From the NCBI GenBank assembly GCA_964353335.1, contig CAYGVI010000003.1, positions 263,085-327,084 of the forward strand: 64,000 nt of DNA, read 5' to 3'. This document shows, one piece after another, positions 45,724 to 54,800 of this stretch; the stretch's first letter is position 1; each line of letters opens with the position of its first letter. Both the position numbers and the translations under genes were made by a program. The notes under the pieces were generated by a model. That model made no database searches. It was given only the letters and a program-made list of their open reading frames with translations, and was not told the origin of the DNA. This DNA comes from an uncultured Methanosarcinales archaeon. Lineage in GTDB: Archaea; Nanobdellota; Nanobdellia; Woesearchaeales; ARS49.

Positions 45724-47622
45724 ATGGGGCTGTGGGACAGGATAAAGCGGCTTATTCCAATAGCGCTTTTGGCAGGAGGAGCCACATACATGATAGCCAA
45801 CCGCCCGCAGGCAGTTCCCCCGAGTCCTGCATATTCTGTTAATGAGCAGGCAGAGAGGTCAAGAAGGGGTGATGAGAGATTTTGGAAATTTGTTTTGTGT
45901 GGCACAGCGCTTTCCGTTGGTGCGCTTGGCGCCGCGCATGTTGCCCAAAGAATGAAAGGGAAAACGCCATCATTTTTACAGCCTGCTGTTGAAAAACCAG
46001 GCTTGACAGGCATTGCCGCAGGGGCATCATACGGTCTTGCTTACTATTCCCAGCTGCCAAAGCAGGAGGATGCGCCTTATGCGCTCGGCATTGCAGCAAT
46101 GTCAGGCATTCTCGGATACCTTGTGCCATCGCTTCTCAAGCAGTACCGCCCGCCGTATGTGATAAATTATGCGAAATGCCTGCCTGGAATAATACATTCC
46201 GTTTTTACCCGTGACCCTGTAAAAAAGCAAAAGATTCTGGAGGGATTGAGAAATAGTTTGGCAGTTCCTGAAAGGGCAGACATCGAACTTGTTGATGTAT
46301 TGTTTGCGCAGGGCAAAGTTGATGAGGCATGCAACCTTCTCAAGGACACAGCAAGGACTGCTGCAAAGGCACTTCCATCAACAGATTTTGAGCGTTATTT
46401 TACCCTGCCGCTTTCATCTGAAATAGTCAGGGGGAGGGCTGGCTCAAAGAGCCCGTTTAGCCTGATGTGCGAATACCTGCGCCAGGGCGACCTTGAAGAG
46501 GCGCTTTCAGCAGCAGACAACTTCGCGGCTCAGGAAAAAACACCAAGCAGGCTGGCTGCGCGGGCTTATGCAGTCCAGTCAGTGGCTGAAATGCTTCCTT
46601 CGCTGAAAGGGATTTTTCCGCATTTGTTGCTCAGGGAGACTGAGCTTGACGAACGCACCAGCCGCGCATGGAATGATGCCATCGGTGCAATCCTGTCAGA
46701 CCCGTCGCGCGAGCAGAAATTCCGCGTGATGGGCGAATCGCGCAATGAGGTGCTTGAGTATGCCGCAAGCGAATTCCTGAAGGGTCTGCTCGTGTTTAAG
46801 CGCTGTGACGTAAGGCTTGGCTCAAGGCTGGTGCAGGAGCGCGTGAATGTTATTTCCCTGAAAAACTCATTGGGGGACAGGATTGTGCAGTCAATCGCGT
46901 ATGTTGAGCGCGATGGCAAGGCGTATCATGTGCTGAAGCACGGCACTTCCCGCACTCTTGAGGATGTTATGCGCGCAGGCTCTCCTGAGGAAAAGCTAAA
47001 GTGCATGGACCAAGCTGCCCGTTTGCTCGCGAAAATACACCAGAGCAGGATTCCTGAGCCACAGGTTGCTGCCTGCGAGTCTTATTATCAAAACAGGCTT
47101 TCATCCTGCTTTTATGACCAGCTTGCGAACAGCCCGCTGTGCAAAGAAATTCCTTCATCAATAAAGGATGAGTTTCAATTTTTGGGCGAAAGGGTCAAGG
47201 ACGAGCTTTCTGACGCGCCGACAGGCTGGTACAAGGACGCAAACCCGAGGAATTGGCTTGTTGAGGACAATGGAAAGGTTGTGGCGATTGATTTTGAGCA
47301 CCGCATAAGGCTTCCTGTTCTTTTTGACCTTGTCAGCCTGCTTGAGTTCAGCCCTGTGCCTGCGCCAACTGAGATTAAGAGCAGGGTAATTGAGTATTAT
47401 CTTGGTGAATTCTACTCCACCAGCAAGCTGCCCATGGCAAAATTCATGCGGCACTACAGGATTTCCGCTCTCCAGCGTCACATTGAGCTTGCAGGCTACA
47501 GGGCAAGGGACAAGGATGCAAAGGCAGCAGCATTCCACATTGACCGCGCACAGTCATATGCCTATGAGCTTGGCGAGGATGTTTTTGCAGAAAAGCTTAG
47601 CAAGATAATCATAAGTGCATAA
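45724..47622 (+). CDS. Membrane-anchored protein-kinase-like (APH/choline-kinase fold) protein
   Basis: 632 aa; 4 predicted TM helices in the first ~140 aa; C-terminal domain with 'WYKDANPRNWLVEDNGKVVAIDFE', which resembles the APH/ChoK catalytic 'H.D..p.N.l...liDwE' brace. Confidence 0.45.
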   Translation: MGLWDRIKRLIPIALLAGGATYMIANRPQAVPPSPAYSVNEQAERSRRGDERFWKFVLCGTALSVGALGAAHVAQRMKGKTPSFLQPAVEKPGLTGIAAGASYGLAYYSQLPKQEDAPYALGIAAMSGILGYLVPSLLKQYRPPYVINYAKCLPGIIHSVFTRDPVKKQKILEGLRNSLAVPERADIELVDVLFAQGKVDEACNLLKDTARTAAKALPSTDFERYFTLPLSSEIVRGRAGSKSPFSLMCEYLRQGDLEEALSAADNFAAQEKTPSRLAARAYAVQSVAEMLPSLKGIFPHLLLRETELDERTSRAWNDAIGAILSDPSREQKFRVMGESRNEVLEYAASEFLKGLLVFKRCDVRLGSRLVQERVNVISLKNSLGDRIVQSIAYVERDGKAYHVLKHGTSRTLEDVMRAGSPEEKLKCMDQAARLLAKIHQSRIPEPQVAACESYYQNRLSSCFYDQLANSPLCKEIPSSIKDEFQFLGERVKDELSDAPTGWYKDANPRNWLVEDNGKVVAIDFEHRIRLPVLFDLVSLLEFSPVPAPTEIKSRVIEYYLGEFYSTSKLPMAKFMRHYRISALQRHIELAGYRARDKDAKAAAFHIDRAQSYAYELGEDVFAEKLSKIIISA

Positions 47623-48508
47623 TCATCAGGGCGCCATTAAGGTCAAATGTTTTCTCAACTATGTCTTCCAGCCAGAATAAGAGCCTTTGCTCAGCTGGTT
47701 TTGCCTTGTTATGCGCTTTATCCAGATCGGAAAGTATTTCTTTTCTCATCGCCACGAATTTTTTAAGTTCTGGCAGGCTGAACTTGTAGAAGCATTCGTA
47801 AAACCTGTTGAGATAGTCTGCGGTTTGCGCGTAAAGCCCGATGAACTGCCTGCTTGGCGCGAGCTTTTGCCCTGCAGCTGCCGCGCTAATGTCCCTGTAC
47901 CTGTCGCTTATTTTCTCCAGCTGCTCAACAATAAGGTAAAGCACAGGCGAATTTGAGGATTGCTGCTTGTTTATCAGCCTCCTGCAGAAGTCAGCGAGCT
48001 TGTTGACATCCTTGTCCCTCAGAACAAGGCGCTTCAGCCAGCCAAAATCCCGATTCTGCAGCGCAGTTGATATTTCTGATGCATAATCTTTTATCACAAG
48101 GAACTGGCGCCTGAGGACTGCATCAAACTGCTCAGGGTTTGGCAGGGATATTTCACGCACAACAATGTGGTTTTTTCCATGCTGGACAACCTCAAAGCCT
48201 GTGAATTCCTCGCGGACAACTTCATAAGCGGTTTCAAGCTCGTCGTGTTTGCCAAAATGGACTGTGAATTCATCATATCCTTTCTTGTAAAGTGCGCCAA
48301 GTGCGCGCTTTATCGCGGGATTGAGCCCTGTTATGTCTATTGCCGCCTTGTTTCCTGCAGGCATGCTTGTGCTTTGCAGGACAAGCTTTCCCTCCTTTTC
48401 CTCAACAGAAATCTCATCACCCTTTCTTATGCCGTGCTGCTGCACCCACTTGCTTGGAAGGCTGACAAGAAGCGAGTTCTCCCCCAGCTTTATGACCTTG
48501 CGCCGCAT
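47609..48508 (-). CDS. AbrB/SpoVT-type DNA-binding domain protein with PhoU-like C-terminal domain
   Basis: 299 aa; N-terminal 'MRRKVIKLGENSLLVSLPSKWVQQHGIRKGDEISVEEKEGKLVLQ' swapped-hairpin AbrB/MazE fold; helical C-terminus as in archaeal PhoU-type regulators. Confidence 0.5.
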   Translation of the reverse strand: MRRKVIKLGENSLLVSLPSKWVQQHGIRKGDEISVEEKEGKLVLQSTSMPAGNKAAIDITGLNPAIKRALGALYKKGYDEFTVHFGKHDELETAYEVVREEFTGFEVVQHGKNHIVVREISLPNPEQFDAVLRRQFLVIKDYASEISTALQNRDFGWLKRLVLRDKDVNKLADFCRRLINKQQSSNSPVLYLIVEQLEKISDRYRDISAAAAGQKLAPSRQFIGLYAQTADYLNRFYECFYKFSLPELKKFVAMRKEILSDLDKAHNKAKPAEQRLLFWLEDIVEKTFDLNGALMIMHL

Positions 48509-48635
48509 GGATGGACTTAGCTGTTCTTCGTATATAAAACTTGCGGCGTATAAGCGTATAAGGGAATATATATGGTATATGGAAAAAGTATATACCCTTT
48601 CCGGATATATTACGGTCTATTGCGAGGTGATTCCG

Positions 48636-49112
48636 ATGGTTTCGAAAAAAGAACTGTTGATTGTGGCGAATTTGCGGAAGAATGCGCGGGTGAAGCTCAC
48701 AGAGCTGTCGCGCAGGACAGGCCTGCCGGTGAGCACGCTGTTTGACCGCGTCCATAATCTCTGCGATTTGGGCATAACAAGGCTCAGCGCGCTGCTTGAC
48801 TTTCCCGCGATGGGCTTTGGGACCTGCGCCACGATTCTTTTGAAGGTCGCAAAGGAAAAGCGCGATGAGCTCAGGGAGCACCTGATTGTTGCCCATTCCG
48901 TGAACTCCCTGATGCGCGTCAATAATGGCTATGACTTCATGGCAGAGTGTGTTTTCAGGGACATGCGCGAGCTTGAGGAGTTCTGCGAAAATCTCGAGCA
49001 GGCTTACGGCGTCAGGGGAAAGGAGCTGCATTTTGTGATTGAGGAGCTGAAGCGCGAGGGATTTCTTTCAGAGCCTTCGCTTGTCAGGCAGGTGGTAAAG
49101 GATGGGAAGTGA
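48636..49112 (+). CDS. Lrp/AsnC-family transcriptional regulator
   Basis: Start at the internal ATG 48636, in frame with ORF 48321..49112; 'KKELLIVANLRKNARVKLTELSRRTGLPVSTLFDRVHNL' HTH, then a RAM domain. Confidence 0.75.
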   Translation: MVSKKELLIVANLRKNARVKLTELSRRTGLPVSTLFDRVHNLCDLGITRLSALLDFPAMGFGTCATILLKVAKEKRDELREHLIVAHSVNSLMRVNNGYDFMAECVFRDMRELEEFCENLEQAYGVRGKELHFVIEELKREGFLSEPSLVRQVVKDGK

Positions 49113-49413
49113 GCGGCTTGGTCCTGCAGGGTTTGCGCTTGCCCTCACTATTGCAACTCTTGGCTCTGGGCTGATGATGTACCGCGGCTACTGCCACCTT
49201 GTCGCAACAGGTGTTTTTCCTCCTGTTGTGCGCAGGGAGGAGAAGCGCACCTTGTCTTACGAATCAAAAGAGGTTGAGCAGCTTGTGGAGAGCACGCTGT
49301 ACAGGCGGGCTGTTCCTCTTGACGCAAGGGAAAGGGAGCTCTACAGGATGGACAAGGACAGGGACTGCAAAATCACAGAGAAGGAAGTCATGTTTTATGT
49401 CAGGAACAAATAG
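49102..49413 (+). CDS. Small membrane protein with C-terminal EF-hand-like loop (variant)
   Basis: 103 aa; TM 'FALALTIATLGSGLMMY'; 'DKDRDCKITEKE' fits the EF-hand loop except Gly6 is Cys. Confidence 0.4.
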   Translation: MGSERLGPAGFALALTIATLGSGLMMYRGYCHLVATGVFPPVVRREEKRTLSYESKEVEQLVESTLYRRAVPLDARERELYRMDKDRDCKITEKEVMFYVRNK

Positions 49414-49416
49414 GAG

Positions 49417-49773
49417 GTGTTTGAAATGGATGAAACAATTGATTCAAAGGTGGAGGGTGCAAAAACTCCTTCAAAGATTGGAAGGTTTTTTGGCAATGCG
49501 GTTATGTACTTGGTTGTAATCGGCGCTGCAGGAGGAATTGGCGCAATCGGCAAGCAGGTGTATTATGACATCAAGGGAATCAGGCCTGTTGTGATGACTA
49601 ATGATGAGTATAATCAGTTTTCAGAGATTATGTCTGACTTGAGCAAAGCAAGGCATGAATACCTCTGCGAGCAGGCAAGGTATATCCGCGAAACTGTTAT
49701 GCCCACTATTGACAAGAATGGCGATGGCCATATCACCCGCGAGGAAGTGGGTTTGCCTCCAAAACAGCACTAA
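49417..49773 (+). CDS. Small membrane protein with canonical EF-hand Ca-binding loop
   Basis: 118 aa; TM 'AVMYLVVIGAAGGIGAIG'; 'DKNGDGHITREE' is a 12-residue EF-hand loop (D1,N3,D5,G6,I8,E12). Confidence 0.45.
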   Translation: MFEMDETIDSKVEGAKTPSKIGRFFGNAVMYLVVIGAAGGIGAIGKQVYYDIKGIRPVVMTNDEYNQFSEIMSDLSKARHEYLCEQARYIRETVMPTIDKNGDGHITREEVGLPPKQH

Positions 49774-49779
49774 CCAAGG

Positions 49780-49800
49780 AGTAAAGCTTATATACCTAAA
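49780..49800 (+). promoter_or_regulatory. Candidate BRE/TATA promoter for the small pilin gene
   Basis: 'gtaaagCTTATATAcc' ~35-45 nt upstream of the ATG at 49837; SD-like 'agaggtg' 7 nt upstream of the start. Confidence 0.35.
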
Positions 49801-49836
49801 TATTTCCCGAAGCAACATTGTAAGAGGTGTTCAAAT

Positions 49837-50142
49837 ATGGATAAGAAAGCTCAGGGGCTACCAATAACAACAATTATCATAGCTATCCTTGGACTGGTTG
49901 TTCTGGTCATTTTGTTCGCAATCACTACAGGCAGGCTTGCCATATTTGGAAGGGCTACTGCAGAATGCCAGGGCATTTGTGTCGGTGAATACACTGGCGC
50001 AACCCCTGACCAAAATGCCCGCGAATGCACAGCTGGTTTTGAGAAAGAAGTTGGCGGCAATTATGTTAAGCCAGGACAGCCGCAGAGTATCAAGGCAGAG
50101 GAAATACTCAAGTGCTCGCGCTGCTGCCTGCCAATTGCCTGA
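49837..50142 (+). CDS. Small pilin (class III signal peptide), paralog 1; candidate major pilin
   Basis: 101 aa; 'MDKKAQGLPITTIIIAILGLVVLVILFAI'; mature part has 6 Cys including a C-terminal 'CSRCC'. Confidence 0.55.
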   Translation: MDKKAQGLPITTIIIAILGLVVLVILFAITTGRLAIFGRATAECQGICVGEYTGATPDQNARECTAGFEKEVGGNYVKPGQPQSIKAEEILKCSRCCLPIA

Positions 50143-50272
50143 TGGCGCTTATCACAGAAGCAACGCCCGGAAAAATTGTTGTTTTGATTTTCCTCGCGCT
50201 GCTGCTAATATACCTTGTCACCACATTGTTTGTGCTTGACAAGCAGCTTGTAATACCAATAATACCCGTACC

Positions 50273-50551
50273 ATGAAGAAAGCACAAGGTCTTCCAATAA
50301 CAACAATCATTATTGCAGTTCTTGGGCTGGTTGTTCTGATTGTTATTATGGGAATATTCGGGGTCCGCAGCCAGAAGTTCGGCAAGGGCGTAAGCGAGGT
50401 AGCTGAGCCCGTCTGCCAGGCGCAGTATGTTACTTCCATGACTGACTGCGATGCACGTGGCGGCGAAGCCCAGGTTGGCAGCTTTGTTAAGGAAGACAAG
50501 AGCCGCCTTGGCTTTACAGAAGTCTGTTGCTCTAAGGCACAATCACCCTAA
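50273..50551 (+). CDS. Small pilin (class III signal peptide), paralog 2
   Basis: 92 aa; 'MKKAQGLPITTIIIAVLGLVVLIVIMGIFG', near-identical N-terminus to paralog 1; C-terminal 'VCCSK'. Confidence 0.55.
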   Translation: MKKAQGLPITTIIIAVLGLVVLIVIMGIFGVRSQKFGKGVSEVAEPVCQAQYVTSMTDCDARGGEAQVGSFVKEDKSRLGFTEVCCSKAQSP

Positions 50552-50715
50552 ACCCCTTCTTTTTTCACCGAAAGCCTTATATAAATAGTATTCTCGGAAT
50601 TGCTTATGAAAAAAGAGGCTGTGACATACACCCTACTTTTGTGGCTCGCAATGCTTCTTATACTGTTCTTAATCATAATTTCTGTCATGAGGCGCATGAC
50701 CGCAGGCGGTGCACC

Positions 50716-51642
50716 TTGAGGCGCGGCGCAATCGGTGTTAACACCCTTGTCAGTCTGGCAGTGCTGCTTATCGTGGTTTTTGTGATGCTGGGGTTGATTC
50801 CTGGGTTTACGCAAAAGCTTCAGGCAGCTGAAAGCGCGAGCACGTGCTCGTGGTCTATCCTTCTTGCTTCTGTGCAAAAGCTCGGCTCAGCAGGAATTGC
50901 ACAGGGAATTCCAGAGGGCTGCAAGGCAATAATGGTCAATGTCTCAATGAAAGACCTTGAGAAAAACCAGAGGCTCGCAAGCAACCGCATATCAGAGTTC
51001 ATGAACAAGCCTGACATTTACAAATCACAGTATTTCACAAACACAAACAAGGAAACACTTAACGAATTCGCGCTCGACAAGATACTTGCAGATGAGCTCG
51101 TTGACTGCTGGGAAAAAGTCTTCAAGGGAAAAATGCCCTTGTTTGATGAATGGTGGCGGCTTTACTCATGGAAAGAAGGCAACCCTGGCAGTGGTCCGGT
51201 TGCTCTGCAAGTCTGGAATGTGCAAGTGCATGGTCCGCCTGTCAACTGCGTTATTTGCTCGCGAATAACATTTTCAGATGAAGTTATTTCACAATTTAAG
51301 CAAAAGCAAATAATCTCACTTGAAGAATGGATGTCCCTGAATCCAGTTCCTCGGACAAATACTCCGTATCTTCAGTATATTTATGAAGGCCAGACCGGCA
51401 CAGACCTGTTCAAGCCAAAATACAGGCCAAAATACAGCTTTGTTGCTGATGAGCGTGGATTAGCGGTTCTTTATCAGCGCGTGAATGTCCATGGACTCGA
51501 AAGCGCTGTCACAACACCCTTGAAATGGATTGGAGCAATTCCTGAAAAAACTCCAGACCTGAACTATCTGAAGCTTGTTCCTTACTCGCAGGAAGCCATA
51601 ATTTCACAGGATGGCGAGGGCTGCACGCTTATAATTGACTAA
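50716..51642 (+). CDS. Pilin/archaellin-like protein with class III signal peptide (probable TTG start)
   Basis: ORF track gives an ATG at 50641, but that adds 25 residues with no function. A TTG at 50716 preceded by 'ggcggtg' yields 'MRRGAIGVNTLVSLAVLLIVVFVMLGL', a textbook archaeal class III signal; ~308 aa. Confidence 0.45.
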   Translation: MRRGAIGVNTLVSLAVLLIVVFVMLGLIPGFTQKLQAAESASTCSWSILLASVQKLGSAGIAQGIPEGCKAIMVNVSMKDLEKNQRLASNRISEFMNKPDIYKSQYFTNTNKETLNEFALDKILADELVDCWEKVFKGKMPLFDEWWRLYSWKEGNPGSGPVALQVWNVQVHGPPVNCVICSRITFSDEVISQFKQKQIISLEEWMSLNPVPRTNTPYLQYIYEGQTGTDLFKPKYRPKYSFVADERGLAVLYQRVNVHGLESAVTTPLKWIGAIPEKTPDLNYLKLVPYSQEAIISQDGEGCTLIID

Positions 51643-51809
51643 AATGATAAAAACACTTTATTCGTTGTGGAAAAACAGGAAGGCAATGGATATTCCCGGA
51701 TGGGCTTATGTCATCGCTTTGATTATCGGTCTGTTTGTGATACTGTTTGCAATCTGGATTGCTGCAAAGTCAGGTTCCAAGCAGTCCGGCTTCCTGGAGC
51801 AAATATAAG

Positions 51810-54800
51810 ATGCACAAGAAAGGCCAATTCGCGGGCATTCCTATCCCAATAATACTTGGGATTGTCGTGATTCTGATAGTTTCAGGAGGGCTTCTCTGGA
51901 GCATGGGCGGTGGAATTGCGCAAAAAATATTCGGAGAGCGCGGCATCCTTCCGCTTGGCCAGAAAGAAGGGGCATTTGTGCCTTATACAGGTCCCCCGCT
52001 TACAGAAGATGAACGCAAGGTTTTGAACTCAGCGAATGCCCTTCGCTGTGCTCTAAACAGCGTTGCAGTGGGCGAATTCAGGCCAGACGACCCTAAAGTC
52101 TGCCCTCCGCCTCTTGAATCAGTGCCGCAAAATATTGTTCAATCCCCCACAGGTCAGGCATGGGTTGTTGTTACTGGAATGGCTGCAACACCAAAGGCAT
52201 ATGACGCCTCTGCTGTGCAGTGCACAGGGATGGCTCCTAACCGCATTGTTGCCCCTGCAACAGAGGATGAAACACTCGTGGCGATTACAAAGGAAATACT
52301 CGATTGCAAGGCAAGAGCTTCAGTCACTTACTCTTCGCAAGACCTGCGTTGTGCATACATTGATTACAAAAGGAAGGCGGACAGCTTTTCAATCGATGAG
52401 GACAAGCTGATCGCATTCATGGAAAAAAACAAGGCAAAATTCCCCGGTCAGGAGAAAACAATTGATGAACTGCTTTCAAGCGCGAATTATGCTTGGCAGA
52501 ACCTCATTGAGATACAAACAACTTTCAATAAGGGGAAAATCAGCAGCAATCCTGATGAAGTGTTCTGCGTCGACTTCAGGCACGGGACCGTACTGAATTA
52601 TTACATCAGCATAAATGACTGCGACCTTGACGCCTCAGAAACATTCTCCTGCTCTGTGAAAGACTTTGAACTGCCGCAGGATGTTGGCGGAACCACGGCG
52701 AAATTGTTCCTCTCGGCATACGGCGACCCGCGATGGCTTGTCTATTACGAGTCATTCCCGTCTGAGGCTGCCGAATACTGGCACAAGGAATGGAGCGACA
52801 TGTTCAACGTGTGGACCATCGCCACCGTAACCGCCTCAGGGATGCTTAACCTGGCTGGCGGAGCAGGAAAAGGGGCAAAGGCAGTGAAGGCTGTTGCTGA
52901 AAAGGAAGCCAAGGAGCTCGCAAAGGAGACTGGTGAGGCATTGGCAAAGCGCGGGATTGCCGAAGCAGAAAAAGTGATTATTAACCGGCTTGCCAAGAAC
53001 GGTGTTGAAAACACGATGAAAGCAGCAGTGATGAAAGAATCATTCCAGGGAATAAAAGGGGTTGGCGAGGAAGCTGCTGACGAGATAACAGAGGTTATTT
53101 TGAAATCTGTCGGAACAAGGTCAGGTCCTCGCGCATGGGAAAAAGCAATGGAGCAGGGTGTTGCAAAGCAGATTGATGATGTTGTTGAGAAGAGGATTAA
53201 GGATGTTCCTGATGCATTTGTCAAGACTTGGAGGGAAACGGTGCCAATAACCGAATTGACCGGCCCTGGAATGACTGGGCTGCCTGACGCAGAAATCCGC
53301 GCAAAGGCATTGCAGGCGTACAAGGAGTCTGTAAAGAAGTTTGTTATTGAGGGCAAGGAACTGCCTGAAGAAGCCATAGAGGCAGGTGCAAAGAGGACAA
53401 TGTCATTTGCAGGCACAGAAGTCAAGGGCGGGCTAAAAGAACTGATTGAAAGGGACTTGACTAAGGAAATGTCAGCCAATATTATCAAGAAGCGCGCTTA
53501 TGAAAATCTTCTTTCCAAGATGATTACAAAAGAGGGAACGCTGGATACTGCGCTGTTCACAAAGAATGCAGAGTCAGCAATCAACAGCCTTAATGCTATA
53601 GGACAAATAAACCCCACTGGGCTTGGAAAGGCACTGGGCGGGTCTAGAGAAATACTTGACATTTTGCTGTCAAACTCATTAGGCGGATTCTCCACAAAGA
53701 ATTTCCCAAAAATATGGAATCCAAAAGAGCTTTTTGCATTTATCACTGCGCAATCGCCGATTAAGCTTTCAGGCAGGGGTTTTGTAGTTGGAGGAACCGC
53801 AGTTAAAACCGTTGCTAACATGCCTAGCTGGGTTGCCACTCACTCCTATCCTGCAATGCTGCTAATTTCCTGGTTTATCGCAGCACAGGATTCTACTAAT
53901 CAAAAATTCAGGCCTGTTGGCGGAAATACCATTGCCATCAACCAGCCGACCCTGCTTGGTCCGACGCTGCCGCTTGACCTGACTGGTACCGCGTATGACT
54001 TTTTTATCCAAAACAAGGACAAGTACGGCCAAAGGATGTATTATGTCAGCCCGTGCAAGGCAGACCTTACGGTTTACAAGCGCAAGTGCACATGCTACAA
54101 GAACCCGCAGCTGCATAAGTTCACTTATCCCACAGGAACAATCAATGTTGAGCCCGGCTCTGTTAAACCTTTGTCAGGCTCAGTCCTTGAGGCAAAGTTC
54201 AAGACAAAATGGGAGCAGACTGCCAAAGCAGTAAAGTTTGAGAACTGGCGCGCGCAATGGAATGCTCTTGATGCAAAGACAAAATCAGATGTATACGGTG
54301 ATTCGTATGATAAGTATGCGCTCGCTGAGTACATTGATGAGGAAATGGACAAGTATGATGCCAATTTCTTCCAGGAAGTGGTGTCTCCTGTAGGTGGGCT
54401 TGTAAAGGGAAGGAGTGGAATAATAACCTGGCTTGCCGGGACACAAAATGTGCAAACCGGGCTTTCTGCGCAATTGTATGGTGAGAGGATGAAGGAGTGG
54501 TATGATGCCTCGCACGCAATCAAGCGCTGTGACCAACCAGGGTTTGTAAAGGACGTTATGAATTTCGGAGGCACGCTTTATTACAGCTATATGGCAGGAG
54601 GAAACCTGTTCGACACAACAATGGACGCTGAAGCCAAGAAGAATCTCGAGAATAGCCTGCTCCAGGACGAGTACTTCAAGCCAGACTGCCTTGAAATAGA
54701 AACAAAGGTTCTTGATGGCACTTATTGTTATGACTCCTTCCCAAAACTGGAATGGGTGAGGAATGCAGTCACGATTGCTTCGCTTGCCGCTGATGCTATT

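Noticed and set aside
48321-49112. Long 263-aa reading of the Lrp ORF starting at 48321
   Set aside because: The first ~105 codons are antisense to the AbrB/PhoU-like gene and Cys/Ser-rich. The Lrp HTH begins just after the internal ATG at 48636, giving a canonical ~158-aa Lrp/AsnC.
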